A stretch of 64,000 nucleotides of DNA from the human T2T-CHM13v2.0 reference genome, Homo sapiens, in assembly GCF_009914755.1 (NCBI RefSeq), contig NC_060930.1. The stretch is one strand, 5' to 3'. The notes beneath the pieces were generated by a model that was given only the letters and a program-made list of their open reading frames with translations, was not told where the DNA came from and made no database searches. The translations under genes and the position numbers were made by a program. This document shows positions 45,184 through 59,279 of this stretch, piece after piece. Numbering within the stretch: position 1 is the stretch's first letter; the number at the start of each line of letters is the position of its first letter.

Positions 45184-48100
45184 AAGAATTAGACCCTGAA
45201 GACAGTTAAGAAAAAAGTAAAACAGGAAAAAGATTTGGAGCAACTAATACAAAGTGCCTGCTGACAGAATAACCTGCACTTTGATGAGGTCAGTGTCTTT
45301 GCTTACGGCTATGGTATATTAATTAAGCAAAACAGCTATATACTGCAGAGCCTCAACAGGATCAAAATTCCACATGTCCTACCTTTAGAAAAATATTGCC
45401 AAGGACTAAATTCCACTGCCCTGGCCATGCAATAAGCTTTTGATTCCCTATATTTTAATGTACTCCCAAGTCCACTTCTTGTCCATCTTTCAAAAGTTCA
45501 GCCTATACATTAGATTTCTGAATTCAAAGTGGCCAATATATATCAGGTGTCTTTCATACCTGAGTTTTGAACAAATTGATAAATCAAATACATAAATGAA
45601 TAAACGGGAGATCAAAATATCACTTTTATTTATAAAATATAGGTTAAAAGATGCAGCTTATAACTGCCGGAATAAAACTTTTTAATCCTGACTGCCAGAA
45701 TAAGGTATGTGTCTGCCTGTCACAGGAGGCAGTGGAAAACATAGCCCTCTCTTTCAGGGGCAGTTTCCTTTGATATTCCAGCATGAAGCAGCAGAACTTG
45801 CATATAGAACTGTGTTTGTTTGGCCCATTAAGAAAAAAAAAAAAAGAGGTTAGCAAAGAGGTATACATGTCTGGATTCTAATTCTAATTTGCTATCCACC
45901 ATAAGCTTCAGTGACACAAAGAGAAAATTCCAGAAGACCTAAGACTTGAAGTTAAATTCAGCCACACACCTAGTAATGCAGTCACACTGTACAACACAGG
46001 CCATAGCAAACTGCCAAGGTCAAATGCCTGTGATAGAGCGATGTCCCAATGCTTAAAGCTGCATGTCCTGACTGCCAGAATCCTCATCTGCACAGGTTAT
46101 CTTTCCTCTGCAAAATTGCACTTCCTGCTGTCTCCCCATGCACTAGATATTGATATTTGAGGAGGATACATAAGATTCCTTCTTCCTACCTCACCCCTTT
46201 ATGTTCTTAAGAAATTGAAAGATAAAACAAAAGATAAAGGTCGATGGAAAGCAGCTGTCACCCTTATTGCTGACGAGGATGATTTTGAAGGTTGGGTTGG
46301 GGAGAACACTGACAGTCTCCATGATATTGAAATCCACAATGAGGTCAGCATATCATCTCAAACTCACCCTGATGAACACAGAGGGAAAACCCCTAGCCCC
46401 ACACTGCTCAAAGGAGTAAGGAACAAATGTTCTCCTGGTCGGCCAGTTTCTAAAGGAATTGGAAGGAACTGAGCTGACCATGTACCATTTATTCTGCCCA
46501 CAATTATCAATCAAATTATCCCTGCTTGCCTAGAGGGATAAAGGGGAAAGGAAGATACAAATTCTTAGAAATACTTCTCATGAAAGCAGGATCAGACATG
46601 ATACATTCACTGACCATGAGTTTATTTTATTTAAAATTTCAAATTTATTAGCATAAATTCTATCATATTATTGTATTATAAAAGTATCCAGAAACAAATA
46701 CTGTTTATCTAGTGATATAAAACAATTTGTTGAGCAAAAGGGCACTAAAGACAGACTCTATGCACTCAAATTTCTGGCTCATTGTGGGAGCTTGGCCAGT
46801 TGTGTGACTTTGGGCAACTATAAATTGAGAACAGTGATACTCTCTACTCTGTAAGTTGTTGCAGATTAAATCAGTTAATACATGTGAAATATAAGCTGTT
46901 ATTATTATCTGTGCATTTTCTCTTAGTGTATTTATTTTTGTTGTTTTTATTAAATTTTCCAAAACTTTATTTGATCAGTCTTTTTCATAGACCTTTGTTA
47001 TTTTCATTTATTGTTTTATTCTGCCTCTTATTATTTACTTCTTTTATGTGTTTTTTCTGCATATATTTCATAAGTTTATGTTGAATTATGATGTCAGTAA
47101 TTTTCTATCTTTCAAACATTTTTATTTTAAATATCTGCATTTAAGGTTATAAATTTCCCTTCAAATTACTATTTGGATTTATTCTTAAGTTTTTAATATA
47201 TCATATTGTCATTGCTATTTATTTTTTAGCTTCTTAAATTCTACTGTACTTTTTGACTCCTGGATTTCTTAGAAATATTATCTTTAATTTCTAAATATAT
47301 GAAATTATTTTATCTTTTGATTTCTCAGCCTTTTAAACTCACTTCCAATTTTGCTATTGAGCTCTGGGATGAAGATTCCATTCACATTGTGTTCCGTGTA
47401 TTGTATTCTGTAAGACCAAATATTCAATTCAAAAAAAAATTATTTTTTTCCATTGTAGGTATTTTTATCTATCAATATAGTTGGCACCTAATTAGGAAAT
47501 TTATGAATAAATCTCTAAACACATAAAATTGTTTATGAGCATATTTAAAAACATACATTCGATTGAATTTTCTAACATCTGTTTTAAAGTGAAAGCAAAA
47601 TACAGCATTTGCTATATACAGATAATAGGGCTATTTCAAATTGCTGTTTGTGAATTTCTATTTATTTCTTAAAACTTTATATTAAAGCACTTAATAAAAA
47701 TGATATATTTAATAAATATTGATTATAAAGAAATTTGAAAACCAATGAGTATATGAAAAAGTGAAATTAATTTTGGTTCTCATGAAAAATATGTAAATAT
47801 GTCACACAAACATGGGAAATTTAGAACTTTCACGTTTATTATAATAGAAGTCTAAAATCTTTAAAACTTTATTTTTCCTTTTATAAAATAGGAATAAACT
47901 CACTTTCATCAAAGTAGATGCAGGTACATAGATTATAAAATCACTGTTGATGAATACGGCTGAAATACAAATCTCTTGTATAATAATTTTTAAGAATTTA
48001 TGTTCTTAATTCAAGTTTTTTGAATAATGGGATATAATATGATTTCACAAACGCATAATGGGAAACATATTGCTCCAGAAATCTTTACATCATTTCAAGA

Positions 48101-48404
48101 ATATTATTTTCTAAAAGAAATTCCCTCACGGTTGAATATTCATGAGAATTCCTGACTATGACACAAGCACTTTTGTCAAAATATTATATTGAGGGTTAAT
48201 TTAGCAGAAAAACAAAATAAAGCATTTCACATATGTAAACTGCATATAGAAACTCACAGTGCCTTTGAAACTCAATCTGTGAAACCCACTCATGTAGTCT
48301 GTCTCGTTTCTTGGTTTTATTTTATTTTTTAAGTGGTACATGAGACCTGGCGGAACATTTCCTTCTGCATATCCAGTTTTCCTGGGATCCACTGCATGTG
48401 TTGA

Positions 48405-48767
<363 letters not shown>

Positions 48768-51700
48768 TCAGTTTGACCTTTTTTTAAATCATATTTGTCC
48801 ATGAAGATTCTCAACTCCAAGTAGATCCCTAGTTATTTACTTTGTAATCTGGTTACTTCCTATCTCCTAAAAGTCAATTTAAGACTTTTTTTCCCAATCT
48901 CCTTTGATATTACCAAAGTTATAATTTCTGATTGTTGTCATCTTACGTGTTATCTCTAGTGATCTCTTTGTCAAGGGTAAGACATAATTTGTGGCCCCAT
49001 TCAGCATTCTGTGACCTACATATAGGTCTTCAAAAAGGTCCATCTCTATTATTTATTCTCATAATGCCGTCTTGTACCATTAGTATAAAGGGAAATGAGT
49101 GTCTTTCTTTCTTATGTGCATGACCCAACATCCATATTACGTTACCCAAAGGAAAATGGCTAAAGATAGGTCACTCCACTATTTTTTTAAAAGCAGCATT
49201 CTCCTATGGAAAGCAGCAGAAATTCTGGAGGTAAAGAATGAGTACTGATTTTACAATCCTATCATGTCTTTACCTCTACTCACTGTGAAACTTTCAATGC
49301 CTCAGAATGCGCATTTGTAAAGTGAAGGTAATGCATTCTTCTATTAGAGCAGCACTTATTCAGAAAAGCAATAAGCACTGTAGATATTCACACAGGACAG
49401 GCTTTAATTTAAGAATCTGTGTACTTACAAAACTAATACAATGGCTGGATCTCAGGTACACTGCTGGTCTACAGAGAATCTGAATGTTACTATTGCCACT
49501 GAGGTCAGGAACTGCACAAAAATGTCAGTGATGGTGGTAGGTGCCTAAAATACAAAAGAAGCTGATTCTCACAAAAAGCCCTGGTCCGTGTATCTTTTCA
49601 CTCTTAATAAAGAGAATGATGGATTTTCCTTATCTTCTCAGGTCCATTCATCTGTTAGAGAATATTTGAGTCATTTCCAGTTTTTTGGCAATTAGGAGGC
49701 AAGCTGCTATAAATATTCAAGTATAGGTTTTCATGAAGATGTAAGTTTTCATTACTTGAGAGTAACTACTCAGTGGTGGGATTGCTGGGTCATTAAGTAA
49801 GTGTATATTTAGCTTTATAAAAAGTTACTTTTCAAGTTGTACCATTCTGTATTTCCACTAGCAATGTATGAGAGCTCCAAGAGCTTCATACCCTCATCAG
49901 TATACTAGTATTGCTAATATTTTTTTTAATTTAACCACTCTAATAAGTGTATAGTGGTATCAGTTTTTTTCATCATATAACTCCGAATAATTCATAGTAT
50001 ATTATCTCTGCATTTTTAACTTACAATGCTTTACAAAGATGGCTTTCTTCTTAAAATATAATTATTTGCTATAGTCCATACATCTAAATATGTTATAAAA
50101 TCACATTAACTTCTATTTTTGGAACTGAAGGGAGAAGGCAGCTAAGATAACTGTAAATATCAAATGGCATGGAAATGACTTTATCAACTTTTAGGAAATA
50201 ATCAGAATTTACTCCCACAAGGTTTTCTTGAAATTAAGTTTACTTTGAGATTGAATATATACGCACATTTTTCGGTTACAAAGAATAAACTAACAAACAC
50301 CAAATATCATCCAAGTTTGTAATGACATGTCACCATGTATCATGGGTTGAGTTACAAAACAATGAAATTTAAATGCTCAAAATCATATTAGATTTATATT
50401 CCTTTGCGTTTTAATCCAGACATTGAACATTCTATAGAGATAACCTTACAGATAAGTATATAATTTGATACTAGTAAATAGTTCTAAAGTGTATCTTTCT
50501 TTGCCTCCAAAAGGGCCATTTAAAAGTAGTCATTCAGAACCAAAAAATCTAAATTGAAATTAGGTGATGGATGCATTCAGGAAGCCACAGATCTTAATAA
50601 CTTTATTGTAATACTAAGACATATTGTGCAAAGGAGATGGATGTATTGGAACTTCAAATTGGTTGCAAAAATGTATTGATGCGAAATGCTGGCAAAGGCC
50701 TCATCTGGTAAGGCTTCACATGTGTAAAAAGATAAAAATGTGATTTGAAAAGGGATGAAGTGAAGGGCAATCAATACCCATTTTTTGTTCTGGGTTTTGA
50801 GAGACATCCAGAAATAATGTGGTGCTAAAATCCTCAATTGTTTTTAGGCCACTGAAAAAGATGTCAGATTAATATTTAACTTGATCAGAGTTCCAGTCTG
50901 GGTACTTTAATATATTTATTAAGTGGAAATTTAAATAAGCTCAAAGACATGTAGACATTTTTCAAGTATTAAAAACTAGCACTAAAATGATTGCTACTCT
51001 GGGAACACAGTTCTCTCTTTTGGGTGTCAACCGAAAGAAATTTAGCTAAAAATTAAGGTAATAAGACTTGAAACCTGCATTGGATTCAGATTGTTAAGAA
51101 AATCTTTTATGACAGCATAGCAGAAGTGTGTGGGGGGAGCAGTATGAAAGTGGTTAAGCACAAAGCCTTAGGGGACAGACACATTGGTCAAAATTCTGGC
51201 CATGTAATCTCTCATAGCCTGAAGCCTATCGTGTGAAATGAAAAGTACTTCAATTTATAAGACTAAGATAAGGATCAAAAGAAAGAATTGATATGAACTT
51301 CTTAGTTTATGTTAAGTGCTCATGCAATATTAGCCGTTTCTATGTTGACATTTATTCTCACAGACATTGGGATTTTTATGGCACAGAGACAGTAAACAAG
51401 GATGGATATTTTCCAGTTGCTATTATTTCTTTACTGTCAGGATTATTGGAGGATTCAAATAAAAATATAAAACATATACGATGCAACCTGGTGAGCATAT
51501 GTTATGCCAGCATGCATATTCACAGAATACTATCCTGATGCAAATTATAAGGCATCACATGATCAAGATAAGTTAACATGAATCAGTAACATCTATCACC
51601 TGAATTTCTTGTTCTAGTATGTTTACTTTGTTTTCATTTTGACAGTTTCATTACATTAGAAACTAAGACCTTTGAAGTTTGAGATTAGGTCTTATCCTCC

Positions 51701-52034
51701 ATATTGTTGACAGTGTTTGAAATTAGTTTCTCTTTATTTTTTTTCTCATTAAGTGTCTATCAAGTTTCAACTCCCCAAACATCCTATTGTGTCTATTTCT
51801 GGTTTTAGGTACAAGTGATATTTTGTTTGTCCATAAAGTTAACAAAATTGTAATACATTAAAAAGATTCTTAATGTATACAGAAAATAGGTATTAAACAA
51901 GTAGAAAAAAAGTAACATGAAGATATCTTAACAAAGATTGCATGCCAGGCTTTTTATCAGCTCATATTAAAGATCCTTGTATACTACATTAATTTATATG
52001 CTTATCTTACCAAAAGCAGTGCTCCAAATATATA

Positions 52035-52087
52035 TTTTGCCATTATTTTTAATGGCAAAAACCGCAGTTACTGTTGCACCAACCTAA
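52035..52087. mobile_element. MADE1 (Hsmar1 MITE), outer part of the left arm missing
   Basis: TTTTGCCATTATTTTTAATGGCAAAAACCGCAGTTACTGTTGCACCAACCTAA followed by TA. Confidence 0.9.
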
Positions 52088-52720
52088 TAGAACAAGCATT
52101 GTTTACTAACAGAAAAATATTTCAGTGCTCAAAGATCAAATTTATATGAATAAATTGTAGAAGGTTAGTTGAAAACTTCAGACTCATGATGTTTAAGCTA
52201 TTTCTGTTTAAAATAAGCTACAGTTAATAATCTTAACTAATTGGTAATTACCTCTAAGATTAATTATATTTTAAGGACATTTGGCAACATGTTAATGATT
52301 TTGTACTAAGAGGAGGGTCTTGATCCATGGTGCTTGCTGAGGGAGCACCTTATCTGGGTCTACTCACTCCATGGAATGCAAAAGAAGCAACAGAGAACAG
52401 CACTGGGTACCAATCCTTGAGCACAGTAATCCTACCCACTTACAACCACGCTTCCATCAGTATCTGGAATTCTGAAAAATCAAATGAAGAATATGTCTTT
52501 TCTTTAAAGTGATTTAGGAAAGAAATGTGGAAGCTTACTGGAGGCAAGAGGAAAGAAAGGCTATTTCTTCTTCACTGAACAATATCAGCATTCTTTTGTT
52601 CTTTCTGAATTAAGGATAATTTCTTCCTTCTCTCTATATATTTTTTAATGAACTCAAAAGAAACCAGGTTTTTTTCTCAAAAGAAATTAAGTACTTACAT
52701 TTTTAAAAAGGCATATACAG

Positions 52721-53076
52721 TGTATTAGTTCATTTTCACGCTGCTAATGAAGACATACCTGAGATTGGGCAATTTACAAAAGAAAGAGGTTTATTAGACT
52801 TTCAATTCCACATGGCTGGGGAGGCCTCACAGTCATGGCAGAAGGTGAAAGGCATGTCTCACATGGTGGCAGACAAGAGAAGAGAGCTTGTGCAGAAAAA
52901 CTTCCCCTTTTGAAACCACCAGATCTCATGAGGCTTATTCACTATCATGAGAACAGCTTGGGAAAGACCCACCCCTATAATTCAATCATCTCTCACTGAG
53001 TCCCTCCTACAACACATGGGAATTATGGGAGCTACAAGATGAGATTTGGGTGGAGACACAGAGCCAAACCATATCA
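52721..53076 (-). mobile_element. THE1B/C solo LTR
   Basis: TGTATTAG...CCAAACCATATCA; TACAG/TACTG TSD. Confidence 0.93.
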
Positions 53077-56000
53077 TACTGCAACCCAAACTCTTAATGT
53101 GTTTGGTGCTTCTCGAACTGAAAGGACGTAAGCCGGCCTGGCCTGGCTCAGCCAGTTCTGAGACTCCTGAACCATGCTGTAGGATAAAAAAAGGTATCAA
53201 AATGATACAGACCTTTGCTGTAACAGAAATTTTGAGGGAGACTTAGGTGTTTCCTATGTAAAATAACTCTTACCATAATGGGATAGTAAAATAATGTTGA
53301 GATTTATGATATGACAACATACGGTTCCAATTAATTTAGTCTGAAAGTCCTTGATATAGTCTATCATTAATGTGTAAATCTTTCTATTGATCTTAGAATC
53401 TTCCTATTTCTTACAAAAGTCTCACACTTGAAAATTTAGTTGTCCCAGATGAGGAAAGGGCTAAGGAGAACTCACACTTACGAATTCTGCATCGTTATGT
53501 CACTAAAATCCCATTCACTCAGTGAGTTCTTGCATATGCTATTGACACTAAATGTTATCTTGTCATTCTGATTCATCAGTTTATCATAAACCAAAACTTA
53601 GTATGTACCTAGAGAGGGTGAAGGACTCAGAAGGCTGAAAATAGAGCACTGGAAGACTGAGAAAACAGGAAAAACATTACTTTCTCTTGAACAAGTTTTA
53701 AAGAAAGAAATAAACAATAAAGTAACTACTAATAAAAGAAATTGGGTTTCTTTAAATTTGGCAATTGGAAAAATATCTATGACATGAAAAAATTTAAAAA
53801 TTGAAATGTAAAATATACGCATTAGTGACACAGGGATAGGGGCAAAGACAAGAAGAGACACTGTGTTGGCTGAGATGGAACTAAAAGAAATTTCTCATCT
53901 ATTCCAATGAGTCAATGTGTGCCGCACAGCTTGTGTTCTGTATGTGAGAGATGGGAGTGAGCTACTCATGTAGTGCAAAGCAGCCAGGTGTTGTCTTTTA
54001 GGGCACAGAAGTCTATGCATGCAGTGAAATTTCAGAAAAATTACAACAGCCTATAGCTTGAACAGAGAAGCAAGAGTACCAGAGTACCTGAATGTAAGAG
54101 TACCCAAATGCAAAATCCAGCCTGATTCAAGAGTAACTTAATGCAAAATCCAACCTGCAGTAGTTTGTCAGTGGTTAAAGACGAAATTAGCACATTTTAA
54201 AGATTGAGGTCATTTAGAAATCCTCAAAATCTGTATAGTCCATCCTTATAAGTGCAATGATTGATATAGTATAGGGTATTTCTCCCCATTAACATTAAAT
54301 ACGCTAAATACAACTGTAATGTATGCAAGTAATCAATCAGTCAGTAATAGAGACATTTAGTCTATTACAGAAACATTGATAGTGTAAAAAGCAAGTTTAG
54401 TTTCATTAAAAAATAGATTTAATAAGTACTAATGAAGTTAATAAATTTTTCTTTGATTCCATTTACTCTGACAATTGCTTGAAGTATACTAAAGACTGTT
54501 CACATATTGATATATATATATATGTATATAAAACAAACTTAGGTTAATAATTTTATGGAAAAAGTTATTATAAGTGCTATAGAGATCTTATAATCTTGCA
54601 GATTATATACCTTTAACTAAAATCAAATTCTGAATAGTCACTTATATTTACAACTTGAATTCTAAAAAAAAAAATGAGATATTGTTAGAGAAGGGCAAAT
54701 GTTGCCATTAAGAGCAATTACACTACTATATTGCATTTAATATATGTCTACAATTCTTTTTTCTCTTTACTTTTAATGTGCCTTATGAAGAATAAGAAAA
54801 ATCAAGTTCATTAATAAAGGAAGTAAAATAATCTCTTTCTCTCAACTCTGCTTTTTTAATTGTTTGGGAAATGACTTGAGTCACTCTGGGTAAATCCTCA
54901 AAATTAGCATTCTTAGGACCTTCTTGACATTTGGCTAATAGGTTACAAATTCTTTACAAGAATTAAAGATTTCTTTAATACTTCTCTCACAAGATCATTT
55001 CAAGAGTCTAGGTATTTTGTGATAAGTGTGATATGTTGGAAATAATTTATTACTAAGAGTAGTTAAGTTTTTATTCGTGCAAGAATGTTTTTCTACATTA
55101 GTGTTAATTCAAAGATATTTCCATATACCATCATTCCAACTTTCCTTCTAATATAATGGAACAATTTCCTGAGGCTAGAAAGCTACAGCTAGATCCTTTA
55201 GGGAGATATTTCAGAATCACAGTGAAAAAGACTGTCCCAGAAGTTTACAGTTAAGAAAAAGAAAAGTGATAAATTAATAAATCACATATATCCTTCTGCC
55301 CACTCCTATACACATTAGTCAAGAATTAACTGACTTAAATTTCCTCTACTCTGTACTCACATATTCTTCAGAATACCAGAATCTGAGAATAGTCTCAGAT
55401 TTTTCCCAATATTTTGAAAGTTTTCAGGTGAGACTATCTCACAGTGTTCATGAAGCAATATTATGTGTTCTTTGACCCAGGACTTTCTGCTAGGCTATGG
55501 TGACAACTGGCTCATGTCTAAGTAATTACAGTGGCATTATTAAGCCACAGATCACTTTACCAAATGCCCAGTGCTACTGATTCTTATGACAAATGTATGC
55601 CCTGAGGCTCTTGGTTCAGCCATTGCCTGCACATGCATGTCCATCTAACTACTGTATTCTTTTTGGTTTCTTCTCCGTTCCAAATCATCTCCTGCTTAGG
55701 ATGATCTATGCTTTTGTGTCTACTTCCAGGATTACAAATCAGGATTTCTTTAGGTTTTAAGTGTGTTATATAGAAATAACTTATTTCAGTGTTTGTTAAG
55801 CCACCAAACTGGCTTAAAATTTATCAGTGATTTAACATTGAATTTAGAATACAATTTTCATTTGGTTATCTTTATTATTGATAGCATTACCCCTGACTGC
55901 ATCTCTAGCTGGATCTCATACTACACTTCCCCCTGCATTAATATGTTTCAGGCACATCAACCTTCCAAAGTATAAGTACCTCACTCACTCCTACTTCAAA

Positions 56001-56942
56001 ACCTTTGCTCATGTGATTCTCTTTGCCTATGATACTCTTATCCCTATCACCTGGCCGCTTCCTAGTCATCATTCAAGCCTAGATTTAATGTCACTTCACC
56101 TCTTTAAAAACCACTAATTTAGTCTATTAGTCATGTTATAAATTGTTATGATACCTGTTATTTTATCAAATATATCTTATGCTATTTACACTTCTTCACT
56201 CGTTAATTGTTTCTTAAATCCTTGCCTCCTTCACTGTATTGGTAATACCATAAAAGTGAAGACTGTGTTTATTTGTGCACCACTATCAACAATGCTGAGC
56301 ACAAAGCTTGGAAAATACTAGTATTTCTCCAAAATACTTATTGAAGAAGTGAATGAATTAGACTGAGGTCAATCAAAGTGGCAGAAAGTGTGCCACATTG
56401 AACACTGCCCTTATTGTATTAATTTGCAACAGAAATTGAATCTGGATTTCATAAGCACAAAAATGTAATTCTTTATAATATAATATGCAAAGTCACAATA
56501 AAGGGAAGGTCTAAGTCCTCTTGGGACTTCTGCTTTGACCCTGGATTTTGCTTTACTCTGCTGCCCCTTGTTTTTTCCTCTTTTTGTCCCTGACCCTCTC
56601 TATAGTCCAGTTTTCCAATTTTTTTGGTTCACATATCAGGAAATGTAGTTATTGCCACATCCATTGTTTGACATGACAACTGGTGACTGCCTCTGACATC
56701 AGAGAGCATTCACAGAAAAGGGAACATGATTTGCACCCAGATACCTTCAGTACACCTGTCCCGTAATAATGGATCAGATTCTTGGAAATAATTGATGTGG
56801 CTTGTTGCTCTCCATTTAAGAGTGATTTCTTTTCCAAGAGGTACACCCCATACTTTACGAGAGAGACCAATATGAGAAGTTCAAAGTCATTTCAGAACTC
56901 TTTTGCTAAGACAGTATTCCTTGTTTAGAACACAAATTTCTT

Positions 56943-57254
56943 TTTCTCCTTTCTTTCTTTCTTTTTTTTTTTTGACGGAGTTTTGCTCTTGTCACCAAGG
57001 CTGGAGTACAGTGGTGTGATCTTGGCTCATTGCAACCTCCACCTCCCAGATTCGAGCGATTCTCTTGCCTCAGCCTCCTGAGTAGTTGGGACTACAGGTG
57101 TGCGCCACTAAGTCCAGCTAATTTTTGTATTTTTAGTAGAGATGGGGTTTCACCATGTTGGCCAGGCTGGTCTTGAACTTCTGACCTCAGATGATACACC
57201 CGCCTCAGCCTCCCAAAGTGCTGGGATTACAGGCGTGAGCCTCTGCACCCAGCT
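56943..57254 (-). mobile_element. AluS
   Basis: GTTGGCCAGGCTGGTCTTGAACTTCTGACCTCAG; TSD GAACACA(A/C)ATTTCTT at 56928 and 57255. Confidence 0.93.
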
Positions 57255-58069
57255 GAACACACATTTCTTGATTCTTTTTTTTTTTTTCGGGACCCATACA
57301 TACTCAAAAATTATGACACAGTATCTCTGCAACCCTTTGATTTGTGTGTCTTGAAGATTTGTGCCAAAACAAATTCCTTAAAAATCAACATTTATTTTTA
57401 TTTGTCTTACTAGAGCTACAACACACAATCTCCTGGGCTGCAATATAGCATCCAGTTTATGTCACAATAATCCCATGTGAAAATGGTGTGCCCTAGACCT
57501 CATGTCTTCAGTACAAAGTGGTGAATAGACTAATCTGAAAAGCTTACCCTGGCTAATGAGGCATGTAATGTGTGTATTTATTAGAGATAACTAGACCTAT
57601 TAATACTTCTAAATCTGATTTTCAGTCTGAGGCTTGTGGAGGTTAGGGATCAGATACATGGGCAAAGCTTATCTTCTCAGCACTGCTCAAATGATCCTGC
57701 ATGGTTCCTACTTGCTATGGTTGTGCATACACAAAACATTGCATGTTCATAGGATTGCAGTTTGAGAATGGCATTTTATTAGAAATGTGTGATTTTCGAA
57801 CAGAACATTAATTTTTCATTTAAGCTTATATATTTTACCAAATAATTATTAAAATGTTTTTAAATTTTATTACATTTGGAGGTCACTATTTTCTCAGAGA
57901 TACATATGTCCAACTTTATAATTAGCTTATGGAAATAATAGAATTGGATACACACAAATGTAATTATCATGCACTGAATACATTTTTCTTATTAAGCACC
58001 AAGTGATTGTGATCTATGGATGTTCAATTATAAGGTAGACATAAAAAAATAAGTACCAGGGAGAAAATG

Positions 58070-58200
58070 AGTTTATTTTATGTATTTATTTACTTATTAT
58101 AGATGGAGTCTCTCTCTGTTGCCCAGGCCTGTCTGCAACTCTTGGCCTTAAGCAATCCCCCTGCCTCAGCTGAGATTACAGGTATGAGTCACTGTGCCGG
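58070..58200 (-). mobile_element. FLAM / Alu left monomer
   Basis: TGTTGCCCAGGC...CTCTTGGCCTTAAGCAATCC...GATTACAGGTATGAGTCACTGTGCC. Confidence 0.8.
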
Positions 58201-58719
58201 TGGTAAGTTCATTTTAGAAAAGAAAGGGAAATCAATAGCAGAAGTAAATTTTTTTCAACAAAGGGAGTATTACAGGGATTGCAATAACTGTTGTATAAGA
58301 GCAAAACTTCTGAGTTAGCACACAAAAATCAATAATCCTTATATAAACAAAAAATAATCAGAAAACAATTTATAACAACAATAAAAATAGTAACATGCTT
58401 AAATGAACTTAAATCTTTTCTAGAAATACTTAAACCTATAAGAAGAAATCTCCAAACCACTCTTTAAGACCAATCTTGAACAATGTATAGATCCAATAAT
58501 TCCTTGTTCATGGATATGTCTCAACATCCATACATATGCTGATTCTTTTATTTTTATTAGTGTTACATTTAATTTATATATTATGTAGAAGAAATAACAA
58601 GAAATAATATTTAAGTAAACATTTAAAAATAAGTGCAATTAGGTAGTACTGCTAGATATTAAAATGCACACAATTATTTATAATTTTCAGAACATGAAAT
58701 TAATCAAGATTAACTTTAG

Positions 58720-59275
58720 TCGGTGAACGGATAAATAAAATATGTACATCTAGACAATAAAATATTATTTGATTTTTTTTAATGAGCTATCAAGCCATGA
58801 AAAGACATCGAGGAAATTCAAATGCAAATGACTAAATGAAACAATCCAATCTAAAAAAGCTACATACCATATGATTCTAACTAAATGACATTCCAGAAAA
58901 GGCAAAACTGTGGAGATAATAAAAAGACCAAGGGTTAGGAGAAGGGAGAGGCAAATCGCTGGAGCACAGAGGATTTTTAGAGCACTGAAACTACTTTGTA
59001 TGATGTTATAAGAATGGATATATAGCATTATGAACTTTTCCAAACCCACAGAATGCACGAAACCAAGAGTGAACCCCAGTGTAAACTATGGATTCTGAGT
59101 AATAATGAGTAGTCAATTTAGGTTCATCAATTATAGCAATTGTATCATTCTGATGGGGGATGTTGATAATGAGGGAGGCTGTGCATCTGTCGGTGTAGGG
59201 AGTATTTGGGAAAGCTCTGTAACTTCTGCTGTGAACCTTAATCTGGCCTAAAAAATAAAGTCTATTTTTAAAAAG
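58720..59275 (+). mobile_element. L1MC 3' end
   Basis: AATGAGCTATCAAGCCATGAAAAGACA...CAAGAGTGAACCC...AAAAATAAAGTCTATT. Confidence 0.8.
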
Positions 59276-59279
59276 TATA

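Noticed and set aside
46215-46472. 85-aa ORF with an acidic patch as an exon or pseudogene
   Set aside because: Non-ATG start, no recognisable homology and no convincing splice-site pair; a tBLASTx search would settle it
54072-54157. Degenerate repeats of AGAGTAC / AATGCAAAATCCA
   Set aside because: Small local slippage duplication with nothing further to support
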